A stretch of 64,000 nt of DNA from Eledone cirrhosa. Its lineage: Eukaryota. Within the stretch, counting starts at the first letter, position 1. Each line of letters begins with the position of its first letter. A program made the position numbers and the translations under genes. The DNA is taken from NCBI GenBank assembly GCA_964016885.1, contig OZ024743.1, forward strand, positions 332,506,001 through 332,570,000, in the 5' to 3' direction. The notes under the pieces were generated by a model. That model was not told where the DNA came from and made no database searches. It saw nothing but the letters and a program-made list of their open reading frames with translations. Shown here piece after piece: positions 1-12,029 of this stretch.

Positions 1-531
1 TGGATGTTGTGGCACCAACATAACTTTACATTGAAAGGGGCGGTGTGGATGGGGTGGGGGTGGTGGGACGGGGGTGTATTTTGTTAGAGATGCCTACTGA
101 CTGTAGTAGGTTTTACTTTGTATTTAGGTAAGGCGGGTCTTCTCTATTACTGAGTACCGCCAAAGATCTCGGTCCAGTGACATTGTCTTGGAGAGGTGTA
201 AGTGTGTGAGGTCAGAATTTATCAGCTCGTCCCAGGTTTTTCTGGGTCTGCCTATTCCGTGGCTACCGTCTATCTTTATTGCCCTGCACTTTGTTATACA
301 GCTATCGTCTTTCATGCGCATCGCGTGACCATACCAACGTAGCCTTCTCTCGAGTAAACAACATCTGATCCCTCTTATTTTTAATTTTTTCCTTAGTTCG
401 TTTATGCTTTGCCGTTCACGTATATTACTATTACACATCCAGCGGAGCATGCAAGCTTCGTTCCTCTCTAGTCTGCGTATATCCTCTGCACACAATGCCC
501 AGGTCTCACTGCCATGCAACATTGCTGTTCG
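1..531 (-). mobile_element. RTE-clade LINE, 5'-truncated 3' fragment (runs off window edge)
   Basis: Near-identical reverse complement of the 3' part of the copy at 5403-9002 (RTAMLHGSETW...RGIRCCLLERRLRWYGH...GRPRKTW); 5' truncation abuts (TA)n. Confidence 0.93.
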
Positions 532-578
532 TATATATATATATGTGTATATATATATATATATATATACATATACAT

Positions 579-935
579 GCAGGCACATGGCTTAGTGGTT
601 AGAGCATTGGCCTTGCAATCGAAAGGTTGTGAGTTCAATTCTCAGATCGGGTGATGTGTTGTTTCTTGAGCAAGACACTTTATTTCACATTGCTCCAGTT
701 TACTCAGTTGTAGAAATGAGATGATAGGGATTGGGGTCCCTATCATTCCACTGCAAAGTGGTCGTGGAGGTGCCACGGCAAAAAAGCACCCAGCACTCAC
801 TGTAAATGAGGTTGGTGTTAGGAAGGGCATCCAGCTGTAGAAATCAAGCCAAAATCAGTTCCCGTCCCACCCTTGCAAGCAGGGAAAAAGCGGACGTAAA
901 ATGAAATGATGATGATGATGATGATGATGATGATG
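579..935 (+). mobile_element. tRNA-derived SINE with RTE-derived 3' tail and (GAT)n end
   Basis: A-box TGGCTTAGTGG, B-box GAGTTCAATTC, central GAGCAAGACACTT, tail GGTTGGTGTTAGGAAGGGCATCCAGCTGTAGAAA shared with RTE 3' UTR; other copies at 16322 and 48460. Confidence 0.88.
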
Positions 936-1410
936 CACCAGCACTATCACTTTTCCAGAGTGGACTGAGTGTATTTTATAGTGACACCACCACAATAATA
1001 ATAATCCACATTGTGAAAGTTGAAAATATGAAATACTATTTGTTAGATTTACATTTCAAATAATCTGGAAAATACAATATCAAATTTAAAATCGATAAGA
1101 CCGAGGAACGTTTTGCTCAGAGTTCCTTATACTCTGAAGAAGGAATTTTTAGTCCCAAAATATTAGGACAAAAAACAAAAAGACTATAATAATAAATACC
1201 TGGTAACAAACTTTTCCGGGTAACGAACTTTTCTTAACCTTCTTAAACATATCATTCATTTTCTATATTATATAATTACTTTATTATTTGTTGGTAAATT
1301 AACATCGCCATTTCCAGACCTGCCAACCTCTAAAAACCCAAACGAGGAGTACCATGAAAACAAGTGCCCCAAAACGAGGAGAAATGAGGCAAAATGGGGA
1401 CATTTTACAT

Positions 1411-1598
1411 AATTGTTTCTACTTTAGGCACAAGGCCAGCAATTACCCAGTGCATTACTGGTACTTTATTTTATCGACCCCGTAAGAATGAAAGGCAAAG
1501 TCAACCTCGGCGGGATTTGAACTCAGATCATAAAGGGACGTAACTATGCTGGAAAGCATGGCGTCCGACCCTCTACCGATACTGCCAATCCACCGCCC
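1411..1598 (-). mobile_element. tRNA-derived SINE (second family, GCCTTTCATCC..GGGGTCGATAAAATAAAGTACCAG core)
   Basis: Minus strand GGCGGTGGATTGGCAGTATCGGTAGAG...GAGTTCAAATCCC (A/B boxes); more than 10 related copies in the window. Confidence 0.88.
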
Positions 1599-2284
1599 AA
1601 TGAGGACATTTTACATAATGAAAGCTATACCCATTTTCACAAGCGAAGACATCTCTCACCACCACCACCACCCCCATAAAGTGGGTGGGAGATCTCCCCA
1701 TCAGACGGGGAGAGTTGACAGGTCTGCATTAATTCTGACACCAACTTTACCATTCCTAACTAAAACTGTTCATATTAACATTAGTCATGTTTACAAAGCT
1801 GTTTGGAAGATGAAACCTTCCAATTCTGAGCTCATCCGAGCATGTTTTACATTATATATTTTCATTTAATAAACATTTCAGTCTGTCAACAAGTAGTTAC
1901 TTATTCTCTGAATCCCTGGTTAGTCTGGATATTTTTTCATTCTCTTCAAAGACTCTATTCCCTGATTCTTGTTGCCATAATAATTCAACGGTGTCTGTTT
2001 ATTTCTTCTGAAATAGCAGCAGTAAAAAATCTCTAACAATATTTATCTATTTATTTTATCATCTCTTTCCAACCACATTTACAGCGCTAATGACAAAAAA
2101 TATATTTCACTGAAAATATCAAATCTGTTTGTTTACCAAGCAGAACAAAGTTTACATCATTTTCACAAGTGTTCAAAATTGGAGAAAAATGGCTGCTCTA
2201 AGTTGATAGAAAAACATAAAAAAACAATTCATTCTTCTTTCCTTTCTGTATTCCGTAATTTACCCATAAATTACTGAGTCTTGT

Positions 2285-2502
2285 GTGAGTAAGCATATGT
2301 AAGTGTGTATGCACAATATACAGACATACACACACATGCACATGTATATGTGTGTATGTATATATATACAATATATATATATATTATTTATATATATATA
2401 TATATTATATATATATATATACAATATATATATAATATATATAAAATATATATATACAATATATACATATAATATACATAAAATATATATATACAATATA
2501 TA
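2285..2502. repeat. Compound TA-rich micro/minisatellite
   Basis: (TA)n interrupted by CAA/AA/AAAA. Confidence 0.9.
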
Positions 2503-4400
2503 TCCGAAGGACTGGCATAGCAGCATCATCGTTAACTGTTATAAGGGTAAAGGAGACGCCCTAGATAGGAGTAACTATAGAGGCATTAAATTAATCGACC
2601 AGGTCATGAAGGTCACGGAAAAAGTAATAGCGCAACTAATCAGAGAGAGAATTGACCTAGATGAAATGCAGTTTGGGTTTGTGTCAGGCAAAAGTACCAC
2701 AGACGCTCTTTTCATTGTACGACAACTACAGGAGAAGTACCTAGCTAAAGGTAAACCCCTCTGCTTAGCTTTTGTCGACTTGGAGAAAGCCTTCGACAGA
2801 GTCCCCCGCTCCATTATCTGGTGAGCTCTTAGAAAACTAGGCATTGACGAATGGCTTGTGAGAGCTATACAAGCCATGTATAAAGAAACAGTCAGCAAGA
2901 TTAGAATTAACAACGAATATAGTGAAGAGTTTAGCGTAAAAGTTGGCGTCCATCAGGGCTCTGTTCTCAGCCCCCTACTATTTATTATTGCCCTTCAGGC
3001 TATAACAGAGGAGTTCAAGACCGGCTGCCCATGGGAACTCCTATACGCAGACGACCTGACACTCATAGCGGAATCAATGGCCGAGCTAGAGAAGAAATTC
3101 CAAACATGGAAGCACGGCCTAAAATCAAAAGGCCTTAAAATTAACCTGGCTAAGACTAAAGTTCTAGTTTGTAGGAAAGAAAATAAGGCGGCGGTCCCTT
3201 CTGGGAAATGGTCGTGCTCGGTGTGTAGGAAAGGCGTAGGTAGAAACTCCATTTTATGTCCTAAATGCAAAGTATGGGTGCATAAAAGATGTAGTGGGAT
3301 CACAGGTAAGCTAACTAAGAACATAGATTTTACATGTGGCCGGTGCTCTGGTGCAATAAGTAGCAGCAAGTGCCCACAAAATACTAGCTCTTTCAATTGC
3401 GCAGAGGGTTCTATAGAAATAGTGGACAGTTTCCGTTACCTGGGTGATAAAATCAGCAGTGGGGGGAGGGTGCTCTGAAAGTACAGTAGCTAGAGTCAGA
3501 ACTGGTTGGAAAAAGTTCAGAGAGCTTATACCACTATTAGCTGCTAAAGGGTTCTCCCTAAAAATGAAAGGCAGGTTGTACGATGCCTGCATACGAACAG
3601 CAATGTTGCATGGCAGTGAGACCTGGGCATTGTGTGCAGAGGATATACGCAGACTAGAGAGGAACAAAGCTTGCATGCTCCGCTGGATGTGTAACAGTAA
3701 TATACGTGAACGGCAAAGCATAAACGAACTAAGGAAAAAATTAGAAATAAGAGGGATCAGATGTTGTTTACTCGAGAGAAGGCTACGTTGGTATGGACAC
3801 GTGATGCGCATGAAAGTCGATAGCTGTATAACAAAGTGCAGGGCAATAAAGATAGACGGTAGCCACGGAATAGGCAGACCTAGAAAAACCTGGGACGAGC
3901 TGATAAACTCCGACCTCACACACTTACACCTCTCCAAGACAATGTCACTGGACCGAGACCTTTGGCGGTACTCAGTAACAGAGAAGACCCGCCTTACCTA
4001 AATACATAGTAAAACCTACTACAGCCAGTAGGCATCTCTAACAAAATACCCCCCCCCGTCCCACCACCCCCACCCCATCCACGCCACCCCGTTCTATGTA
4101 AAGTTGTGTTGGTGCCACACCATCCAGGCCGAAACAAATGAGATTGTGTAGGTGTCACGACAAAAAAACACACAGTCCACGCTGTAATGTGGCCGTGTAG
4201 GCAACACGGTAAAAACCTCCCAGACCCACACTGTAAATGTGGTTGGTGTTAGGAAGGGCATCCAACTGTAGAAAACCTGCCAGACAGTCCTATGCGAGCA
4301 AGACAATCACTCTAGCCTCAAGTGGGACTACCCCCGTCCAAACCCACGCAAGCGTGGAACACGGACGTTAAACGTTGATGATGATGATGATGATGATGAT
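2503..4400 (+). mobile_element. RTE-clade LINE, 5'-truncated, disrupted (stop at ~2822, frameshift at ~3465)
   Basis: RT motifs FVDLEKAFD, GVHQGSVLSP, LYADD, FRYLG; 3' UTR ends in (GAT)n; very similar to the copy at 5403-9002. Confidence 0.95.
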
Positions 4401-4521
4401 ATATATACAATATATATATATATACAATATATATATACAATATAGTTTTATAAAACAATTAATAGAAAAATCAGACTCCCTTATATACAATATATATATA
4501 TATAATATATATATATACAAT

Positions 4522-4971
4522 ATCATCATCATCATCATCATCGTTTAACGTCCATTTTCCACGCTAGCATGGGTCTGGACGGGAATTGTCCCACTTGAGG
4601 CAAGATTGGTTGTCTTGCTCAGGACTGTCTGGCGGGTTTTCTACAGCTGGCTGCCCTTCCTAACACCAACCACATTTACAGTGTGGACTGGGAGGTTTTT
4701 ACCATGTTACCTACACGGCCACATTACAGCGTAACTGTGTTTTTTTGTCGTGTCACCTACACAACCTCATTTGTTTCGGACTGGATGTTGTGGTACCAAT
4801 ATAACTTCACATTTAAGGGGGTGGTGTGGATGGGGTGGGGGTAGTGGGACGGGGTGTATTTTGTTAGAGGTGCCTACTGACTGTAGGTTTCGCCTTGTAC
4901 TTAGGCAAGGCAGGTCTTCTATATAACTGTGTAGCGCCAAAGCTCTCGGTCCAGTGACATTGTCTTGACAT
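4522..4971 (-). mobile_element. RTE-clade LINE, short 3' fragment
   Basis: (CAT)n tail plus reverse complement of the 3' UTR and last codons (MSRQCHW frame / SLDRELWRY). Confidence 0.9.
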
Positions 4972-5401
4972 AATATATATATATACAATATATATATATA
5001 ATATATATAAAATATATATATACAATATATATATACAATATATATATATAATATATATAAAATATATATATATAATATATATAAAATATATATATACAAT
5101 ATATATATATAATATATATACAATATATATATATAATATATATAAAATATATATATACAATATATATATATAATATATATATAATATATATATACAATAT
5201 ATATATATAATATATATAAAATATATATATACAATATATATATACAATATATATATATAATATATATATATAATATATATAAAATATATATATACAATAT
5301 ATATATAATATATATATAAAATATATATATACAATATATATATATTATATATATATATTATATATATATATTATATATATACAATATATATAATATATAT
5401 A
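4972..5401. repeat. TA-based minisatellite (TATATATACAA-TATATATATAA-TATATATAAAA pattern)
   Basis: Same interruption pattern as 2350-2502 and 4400-4521. Confidence 0.9.
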
Positions 5402-5402
5402 A

Positions 5403-8400
5403 TGAGTTGAAGAGAGAAAAATCTGGACGCTCAGCGACAATGCCAAAGTTAAAGACAATCACACCTCGAGGACGAAAATGCGAGCATGCCTCTTTGTTTC
5501 GGCCGCGGATGGCTAACATAACCCCATCTCTCCCCGTTCCCCACCTTTCCAACCCCCCAAACGCAATCCAAAACTTCAGATTTGGTACCATGAATGTAGG
5601 CACCTTAAAGGGTTGCTCTAACGAGGTTGTAGAAATGCTTGAACGTAAGGAGGTCGATGTTTGTTGTATCCAAGAGACCAGGTGGAGGGGTGGATCTGCT
5701 AGATACATTGTGGGTAGAAAACGATGCTATAAGCTTTTCTGGGTGGGAAACGACAATGGGCTGGGTGGAGTAGGAATCATGGTAGCAGAAAAGTGGGCAG
5801 ATAAGATAATAGACGTAAATAGAGTGAACGACAGAATAATTAAAATAAGACTTGTCCTCAATAGAACTACGGTGACAGTAATATCCGCGTACGCACCCCA
5901 ATCCGGACTGCCCGGCACTATAAAAGACAGATTCTATGAGACACTGATGCTCACTACCTCCCAAATAACCGACAGTGACTATATAATTATTGCAGGCGAC
6001 CTAAACGGTCACGTTGGACAACATTGTGACGGCTACGACGAAATCCATGGAGGCTATGGGTTTGGTACTAGAAATGAGGAAGGCTCCAGAATCCTGGAAT
6101 TCTGCGACGCAAATAACCTAACTATCTGCAACACTAACTTCAAAAAACGAGACAATCACTTGATCACCTACAGATCAGGGGAACATACTAGCCAGGTAGA
6201 TTATATCCTTACCAGAAGACGTGACAAAGTGACTGTCGTAAACACTAAATCCCTCCCCCATGAAGAATGCACTTCCCAACATAGACTGATAATTAGCGAC
6301 CTAATAGTCAGGATGAGACGTACTAGACAACAGAAGAGGACTGTCCTCAGGAGAAAAATATGGAAGCTAAAGGACCCCAAAGCCAAAAATAAATTCCAAA
6401 GCATATTACTTGATGCTTTCGACAGTGAGGAAGAGCAATTAGAGACGTACAAGGTAGAGGAACAGTGGGAATTCCTGAAAGCAAACCTGCTGACGGCGGC
6501 AGACGAAGTCTGTGGCTGGAGCAGGCCTGTAGGCAGGAGGAGAGTAACATGGTGGTGGAACAGTAAGGTGGAGGGGTCAATTAAGGCCAAAAAGCAGGCT
6601 TGGAAAGTATGGCGGGATGGGGGAAGCAGAGAAGACTATCAAGTGGCCAGGAGGGAAGCTAGGAGACAAGTGTACTTCGCAAGAAGGGAAGCAGAGGAAA
6701 GAAAGTTCAAGCATGTTCTACAACGCGATGACCAAAAACGTGAGGTGTTCAGGATTGCTAGGCAATGTGTCAAGGAAAACAGTGATATTGTCGGGGAGAA
6801 GTGTGTACTTAACGATGACGGCATACTTGCCATCACCGACGCCGATAAGAAGGTAGCTTGGAAGTGTCACTATGAAAGGCTACTAAATGAGGAGAATAAA
6901 TGGGAGAAAGACAGTCTCCCCCACATCGACCCAATAGAGGGACCAGCAGTGTTAGTCGAGGGTAGTATAATAAGTAAGGCAATCAAAGATATGAAGACAG
7001 GCAAGGCGGCTGGGCCTTCGGAAATAGTTGCCGAGATGCTGAAGGCATCTGGTATGGTGGGACACACCATGGTCACCCGGATAGTCAACCAAGTCATACA
7101 GAATGGGGTTGTTCCGAAGGACTGGTGCAGCAGCATTATCGTTAACTGTTATAAGGGTAAAGGAGATGCCCTAGATAGGAGTAACTATAGAGGCATTAAA
7201 TTAATCGACCAGGTCATGAAGGTCACGGAAAAAGTTATAGCGCAACTAATCAGAGAGCGAATTGATCTAGATGAAATGCAGTTCGGGTTTGTGTCAGGAA
7301 AAAGTACCACAGACGCTCTTTTCATTGTACGACAACTACAGGAGAAGTACCTAGCTAAAAGTAAACCCCTATACTTAGCTTTCGTCGACTTGGAGAAGGC
7401 CTTCGACAGAGTCCCCCGTTCCATTATCTGGTGGGCTCTTAGAAAACTAGGTGTTGATGAATGGCTTGTGAGAGCTATACAAGCCATGTATAAAGAAACA
7501 GTTAGCAAGGTTAGAATTAACAACGAATATAGTGAAGAGTTTAGTGTAAAAGTTGGTGTTCATCAGGGCTCTGTTCTTAGCCCCCTACTATTTATTATTG
7601 CCCTCCAGGCTATAACAGTGGAGTTCAAGACCGGCTGCCCATGGGAACTCCTATACGCAGATGATCTAACGCTCATAGCTGAATCAATGGCCGAGCTAGA
7701 GAAGAAATTCCAAACATGGAAGCACGGCCTAGAATCAAAAGGCCTTAAAATTAACCTAGCTAAGACTAAAGTTCTAGTTTGTAAGAAAGAAAATAAGGCG
7801 GCGGTCCCCTCCGGGAAGTGGCCATGCGCAGAGTGTAGGAAAGGCGTAGGTAGAAATTCCATTTTGTGTCCCAAATGCAAAGTTTGGGTGCATAAAAGAT
7901 GTAGTGGGATCACAGGTAAGCTAACTAAGAACATAGATTTTACATGTGGCCGGTGTTCTGGGGATATAAGTAGCAGCAAGTGCCCACAAAATACTAGCTC
8001 TTTCAACTGCGCAGAGGGTTCTATAGAAATAGTGGACAGCTTCCGTTACCTGGGTGACAAAATCAGCAGTGGGGGAGGGTGCTCTGAAAGTACAGTAGCT
8101 AGAGTCAGAACTGGGTGGAAAAAGTTCAGAGAGCTTATACCACTATTAGCCGCTAAAGGGTTCTCCCTAAAAATGAAAGGCAGGCTGTACGATGCCTGCA
8201 TATGAACAGCAATGTTGCATGGCAGTGAGACCTGGGCATTGTGTGCAGAGGATATACGCAGACTAGAGAGAAACGAAGCTTGCATGCTCCGCTGGATGTG
8301 TAATAGTAATATACGTGAACGACAAAGCATAAACGAACTAAGGAAAAAATTAGAAATAAGAGGGATCAGATGTTGTTTACTAGAGAGAAGGCTACGTTGG

Positions 8401-9003
8401 TATGGTCACGTGATGTGCATGAAGGATGATAGCTGTATAACAAAGTGCAGGGCAATAAAGATAGACGGTAGCCACGGAATAGGCAGACCCAGAAAAACCT
8501 GGGACGAGCTGATAAACTCCGACCTCACACACTTACACCTCACCAAGACAATGTCACTGGACCGAGACCTTTGGCGGTACTCAGTAATAGAGAAGACCCG
8601 CCTTACCTAAATGCAAAGTAAAACCTACTACAGTCAGTAGGCATCTCTAACAAAATACACCCCCGTCCCACCACCCCCTCCCCATCCACACCCCCCCTTT
8701 CAATGTAAAGTTATGTTGGTGTCACAACACCCAGGCCGAAACAAATGAGATCGTGTAGGTGTCACGTCAAAAAACACACAGTTCACACTGTAATGTGGCC
8801 GTGTAGGCAACACAATAAAAACCTCCCAGCCCCACACTGTAAAGGTGGTTGGTGTTAGGAAGGGCATCCAGCTGTAGAAAACCCGCCAGATAGTCCTATG
8901 CGAGCAAGATAATCACTTTTGCCTCAAGTGGGAAAACCCCCGTCCAAACCCATGCAAGCGTGGAACACGGACGTTAAACGTTGATGATGATGATGATGAT
9001 GAT
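5403..9003 (+). mobile_element. Near full-length RTE-clade LINE (APE endonuclease + RT + PHD finger), (GAT)n tail
   Basis: Single ORF; APE motifs GTMNVGTL, CCIQETRW, ISAYAPQ, AGDLNGHVG, QVDYIL, SQHRL; RT motifs; 3' UTR ending (GAT)n. Confidence 0.97.
5440..8610 (+). pseudogene. RTE ORF (APE-RT-PHD), ~1056 codons, broken by one nonsense codon at 8203-8205
   Basis: ORFs 5407-8205 and 8212-8610 are in the same frame; TGA at 8203 is CGA in the copies at ~3594 and ~529 (CpG transition). Confidence 0.92.
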
Positions 9004-9404
9004 ATACATATGTGTGTGTGTATATATGTATATATAAATAATTTTACCTTCAGATGTTCTCTTTTACCTCTTTGTTTTTGGTATTTTTGTTCCCTGTCAA
9101 ATTATTTATTCAACACTTTTTTTTTCATTTTACCGATTTCTTTGATAAATGTTGTTTTCTCTCCTATTTCAATCTTTCAGACATTAGTTATACTGCTAAC
9201 ACAGTAACAACCATTTTTTTTATTTCCCCAAAACCTCTATGATAATGATTTGACAGGAATGTTTGGCCCGTCTGTCACACAAACACTACACTCTTACAAA
9301 GAACCTTCTAAAATTTCCATTGAGAATTCATGGACTACAAATATATGACAAAAAAAGAGGTGAGACAAATGTTTTTAAATGTGTTGTCTATCTGTCTCCT
9401 ATCC

Positions 9405-9571
<167 letters not shown>

Positions 9572-9870
9572 AGAAAAAGTTTGACCCCAACGGCAGAGCT
9601 CAAGCCGTTTCAACGGCTATTTCTGGACTTTTTCCTATTTCCCACTCTACTACTCTAAGTATATATATAACGAAGGAAATGTGGTAAGGAACCAGATGGA
9701 CCATAACGCACCAGAGTACTCAATACTTAGAGTAGTAGAGTTGGAAATAGGAAAATGTTTAAGACCCCGGCGGCAGAGCTCAAGCCATTTCGACGGCTAT
9801 TTCTGGACTAAATTAGAATTTTTAGCATGGTAATAAATAGCCAGAATTTTCAAGGGGTAATTCCTTATAT
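9572..9870 (-). mobile_element. Rearranged Penelope-like/HHR element remnant (direct + inverted segments)
   Basis: GACCCC..GGCAGAGCTCAAGCC..GGCTATTTCTGGACT repeated at ~9583 and ~9763; 9630-9662 inverted at ~9723-9755; related sequence at 33735-33830. Confidence 0.6.
9764..9858 (-). ncRNA. Type I hammerhead ribozyme motif, U3-A8 core variant
   Basis: Minus strand: ACCCC-UUGAAAA-..GGCUAUUU..AAAUAGCC..-GAAA-UGGC..GCCG-CC-GGGGU; the partial copy at ~9583 retains GAAACGGC..GCCGUU. Confidence 0.62.
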
Positions 9871-9890
9871 GGGAAGATTGTGGTTGTCAC

Positions 9891-10132
9891 AAGGAATGGT
9901 CAAAATTTCTTTTAAAAACACAATTAAATCTTTCATGGCGATGAGTGGGAGGTGGGGATGGCTGAACTTGCCTGTAGAACAATGAGGGAGTGGGTGGAGC
10001 CGGTCAAGAATTCACTTTCAATGGTTGACCAGCTCCACCCACTCCCTCATTGTCCTCCAGGCAAGTTCAGCCATCTCCACCCACTGCCATGAAAGATTTA
10101 ATTATGTTTACAAGAAATTTTGACCAATCCTT
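9891..10132. repeat. Inverted repeat, ~115-bp arms, ~17-nt spacer
   Basis: 9891-10007 is the imperfect reverse complement of 10025-10132. Confidence 0.88.
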
Positions 10133-10297
10133 ACCACTAGGTCACATGCCTCCACCTATATATATATATATTTAGGTTTATTAGTTCACCACTGGATAGA
10201 ACTGGTCATTCCGTATGGTCAACCTCAATGTAATATTATGGAGAGTAACTCACCCATCTTCGTTTGTGTAGTTGGTGGTGCGAGTATGGAGTTAATT

Positions 10298-10510
10298 ATT
10301 ATAAAATAATAGGAGATTGGACTGTTGTAATTCCTTAAAAGGTTTATTATACTATGAACATTTCAATGACTAGGTTCAGTATGAATCCGGTGATATTTCG
10401 AATACCTGATGATGTCACCGGATTCATACTGAACCCGGTCATTGAAATGATCATAGTATAATAAACCTTTTAAGGAATTACACCAGTCCAGCCTCCTGTT
10501 ATTTTATAAT
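10298..10510. repeat. Fold-back (palindromic) element, ~100-bp arms, containing a hammerhead motif
   Basis: ATTATAAAATAATAGGAG...CCGGTGATAT / ATGTCACCGG...CTCCTGTTATTTTATAAT; followed by (TA)n. Confidence 0.88.
10402..10459 (+). ncRNA. Minimal type I hammerhead ribozyme
   Basis: AUAC-CUGAUGA-U-GUCACCGG..CCGGUCAUU-GAAAU-GAUC-AUA-GUAU; palindromic stem III AUGAUCAU. Confidence 0.75.
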
Positions 10511-10526
10511 ATATATATATATATAC

Positions 10527-10697
10527 TTTTGGCACAAGGCCAGCAATGACCCCAGTACATTACTGGTACTTTATTTTATCAACCCCATAAGGATGAAAGG
10601 CAAAGTTAACCTCGGCGGGATTTGAACTCAGAATGGCAAGAGCCATAACTCTATGTGTCAAAGCATGGTGTCCGACCCTCTACCGATACTGCCAATA
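10527..10697 (-). mobile_element. SINE (second family)
   Basis: Similar to 1411-1598. Confidence 0.85.
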
Positions 10698-10812
10698 AGG
10701 AGTTGACGGACCCAGCATATTTATCAATGCCAGTACCAGTTATATCTCAGCGTACTCAATAGGTAATGTAGGATAGATTACAACGCTCCAATACAACACA
10801 GGTAAACGGGTG

Positions 10813-11096
<284 letters not shown>

Positions 11097-11097
11097 T

Positions 11098-11235
11098 GGA
11101 GGCATGTGGCCTAGTGGTAAGGGTGTTGGACTTATGATTATAATATCATGGGTTCAATTTCTGGGTTGTGTTCTTGAGCAAAACACCTGATTTCACATTG
11201 TTCCAGTGCACTCAGCTGAAAATGAGTACCAGCCA
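11098..11235 (+). mobile_element. tRNA-derived SINE (third family), partial
   Basis: GGAGGCATGTGGCCTAGTGGTAAGGG...GGTTCAATTTC...TTCTTGAGCAAAACAC; similar to 51785-52073 (-). Confidence 0.75.
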
Positions 11236-11645
11236 AGTTCTTGGATGTTATCCAACCATTTTGCTCGGGGTCTACCCCTGGGTCTCCTGCCGGCTGCTTT
11301 TGCCCGTAAAATCTGTCCAGCGATTATTTCTTGAGACATTCTAACCACATGCACATAGTATCGGAACTGTGATCTTTCAATTCAGAGAAGTAGCATCTCT
11401 ATCTGGTGTGACACTGATGTCCGAGCTATGCACTTTATCGAGAAACATTACTCCAAAGATACTTCAAAGGAACCCCATTTTAGTCACTAGTATTCACTAT
11501 CGTATTCTTTCAGTCATTACCGAAGATTCATGACTATAAGTAAGGATTGGTACGAATACCAAATTGAAGATAGTGAGCCTACCTCCCTTCTTCTGATTAC
11601 CAAATGCTGAAGATGGCACATTACTGCACTAGCTCCTGCAAAATT
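11236..11645 (-). mobile_element. Rex3/Expander-like RTE LINE fragment
   Basis: Homologous to 50954-51557. Confidence 0.75.
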
Positions 11646-11761
11646 GGAATAAATTCAAATAAAATAAATATATTTAAAAAAGGACCCACAACATAATATG
11701 TGAATATACACTGTATTAATCCATGTCTGTGTAATATTTACTTTCATCTATATATAAACAC

Positions 11762-11945
11762 TCTTCTTCTTCGCCCACTTATTCCTGAGAGGGTCATGGG
11801 GGCAGAGTCCTCAAACACACCTGCCAGCAGGTTCTGTCAGAGGCAACCAACTCCAACTGATCTGGCTAGATCTCCAAGTGAAACCAGCCAAGCTCATGGA
11901 TGTTATTCAACTATCTTGTTCTGGGTTTACCCCTGGGTCTACTGC
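11762..11945 (-). mobile_element. Rex3/Expander-like RTE 3' end with (GAA)n tail
   Basis: CTTCTTCTTCGCCCACTTATTCCTGAGA...CAAGCTCATGGATGTTAT; copies at 33247, 43893, 46345, 46785, 50954. Confidence 0.8.
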
Positions 11946-12029
11946 TAAACACAATTTATATAATATATAAACCCCCCACCCCCAGCACATTTGACTGATC
12001 AATAGCTGTGGTTAACAGGGAAATGTGTT

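Noticed and set aside
581-655. tRNA gene
   Set aside because: A/B boxes belong to a SINE head that continues into a SINE body and LINE tail; no complete cloverleaf
1125-1175. CTGAAGAAGG...CCCAAAATATTAG hammerhead remnant
   Set aside because: GAAA box broken and stem I not evident; at most a decayed relic
4767-5334. YI/IY-rich ORFs here and at many other TA tracts
   Set aside because: Microsatellite translations
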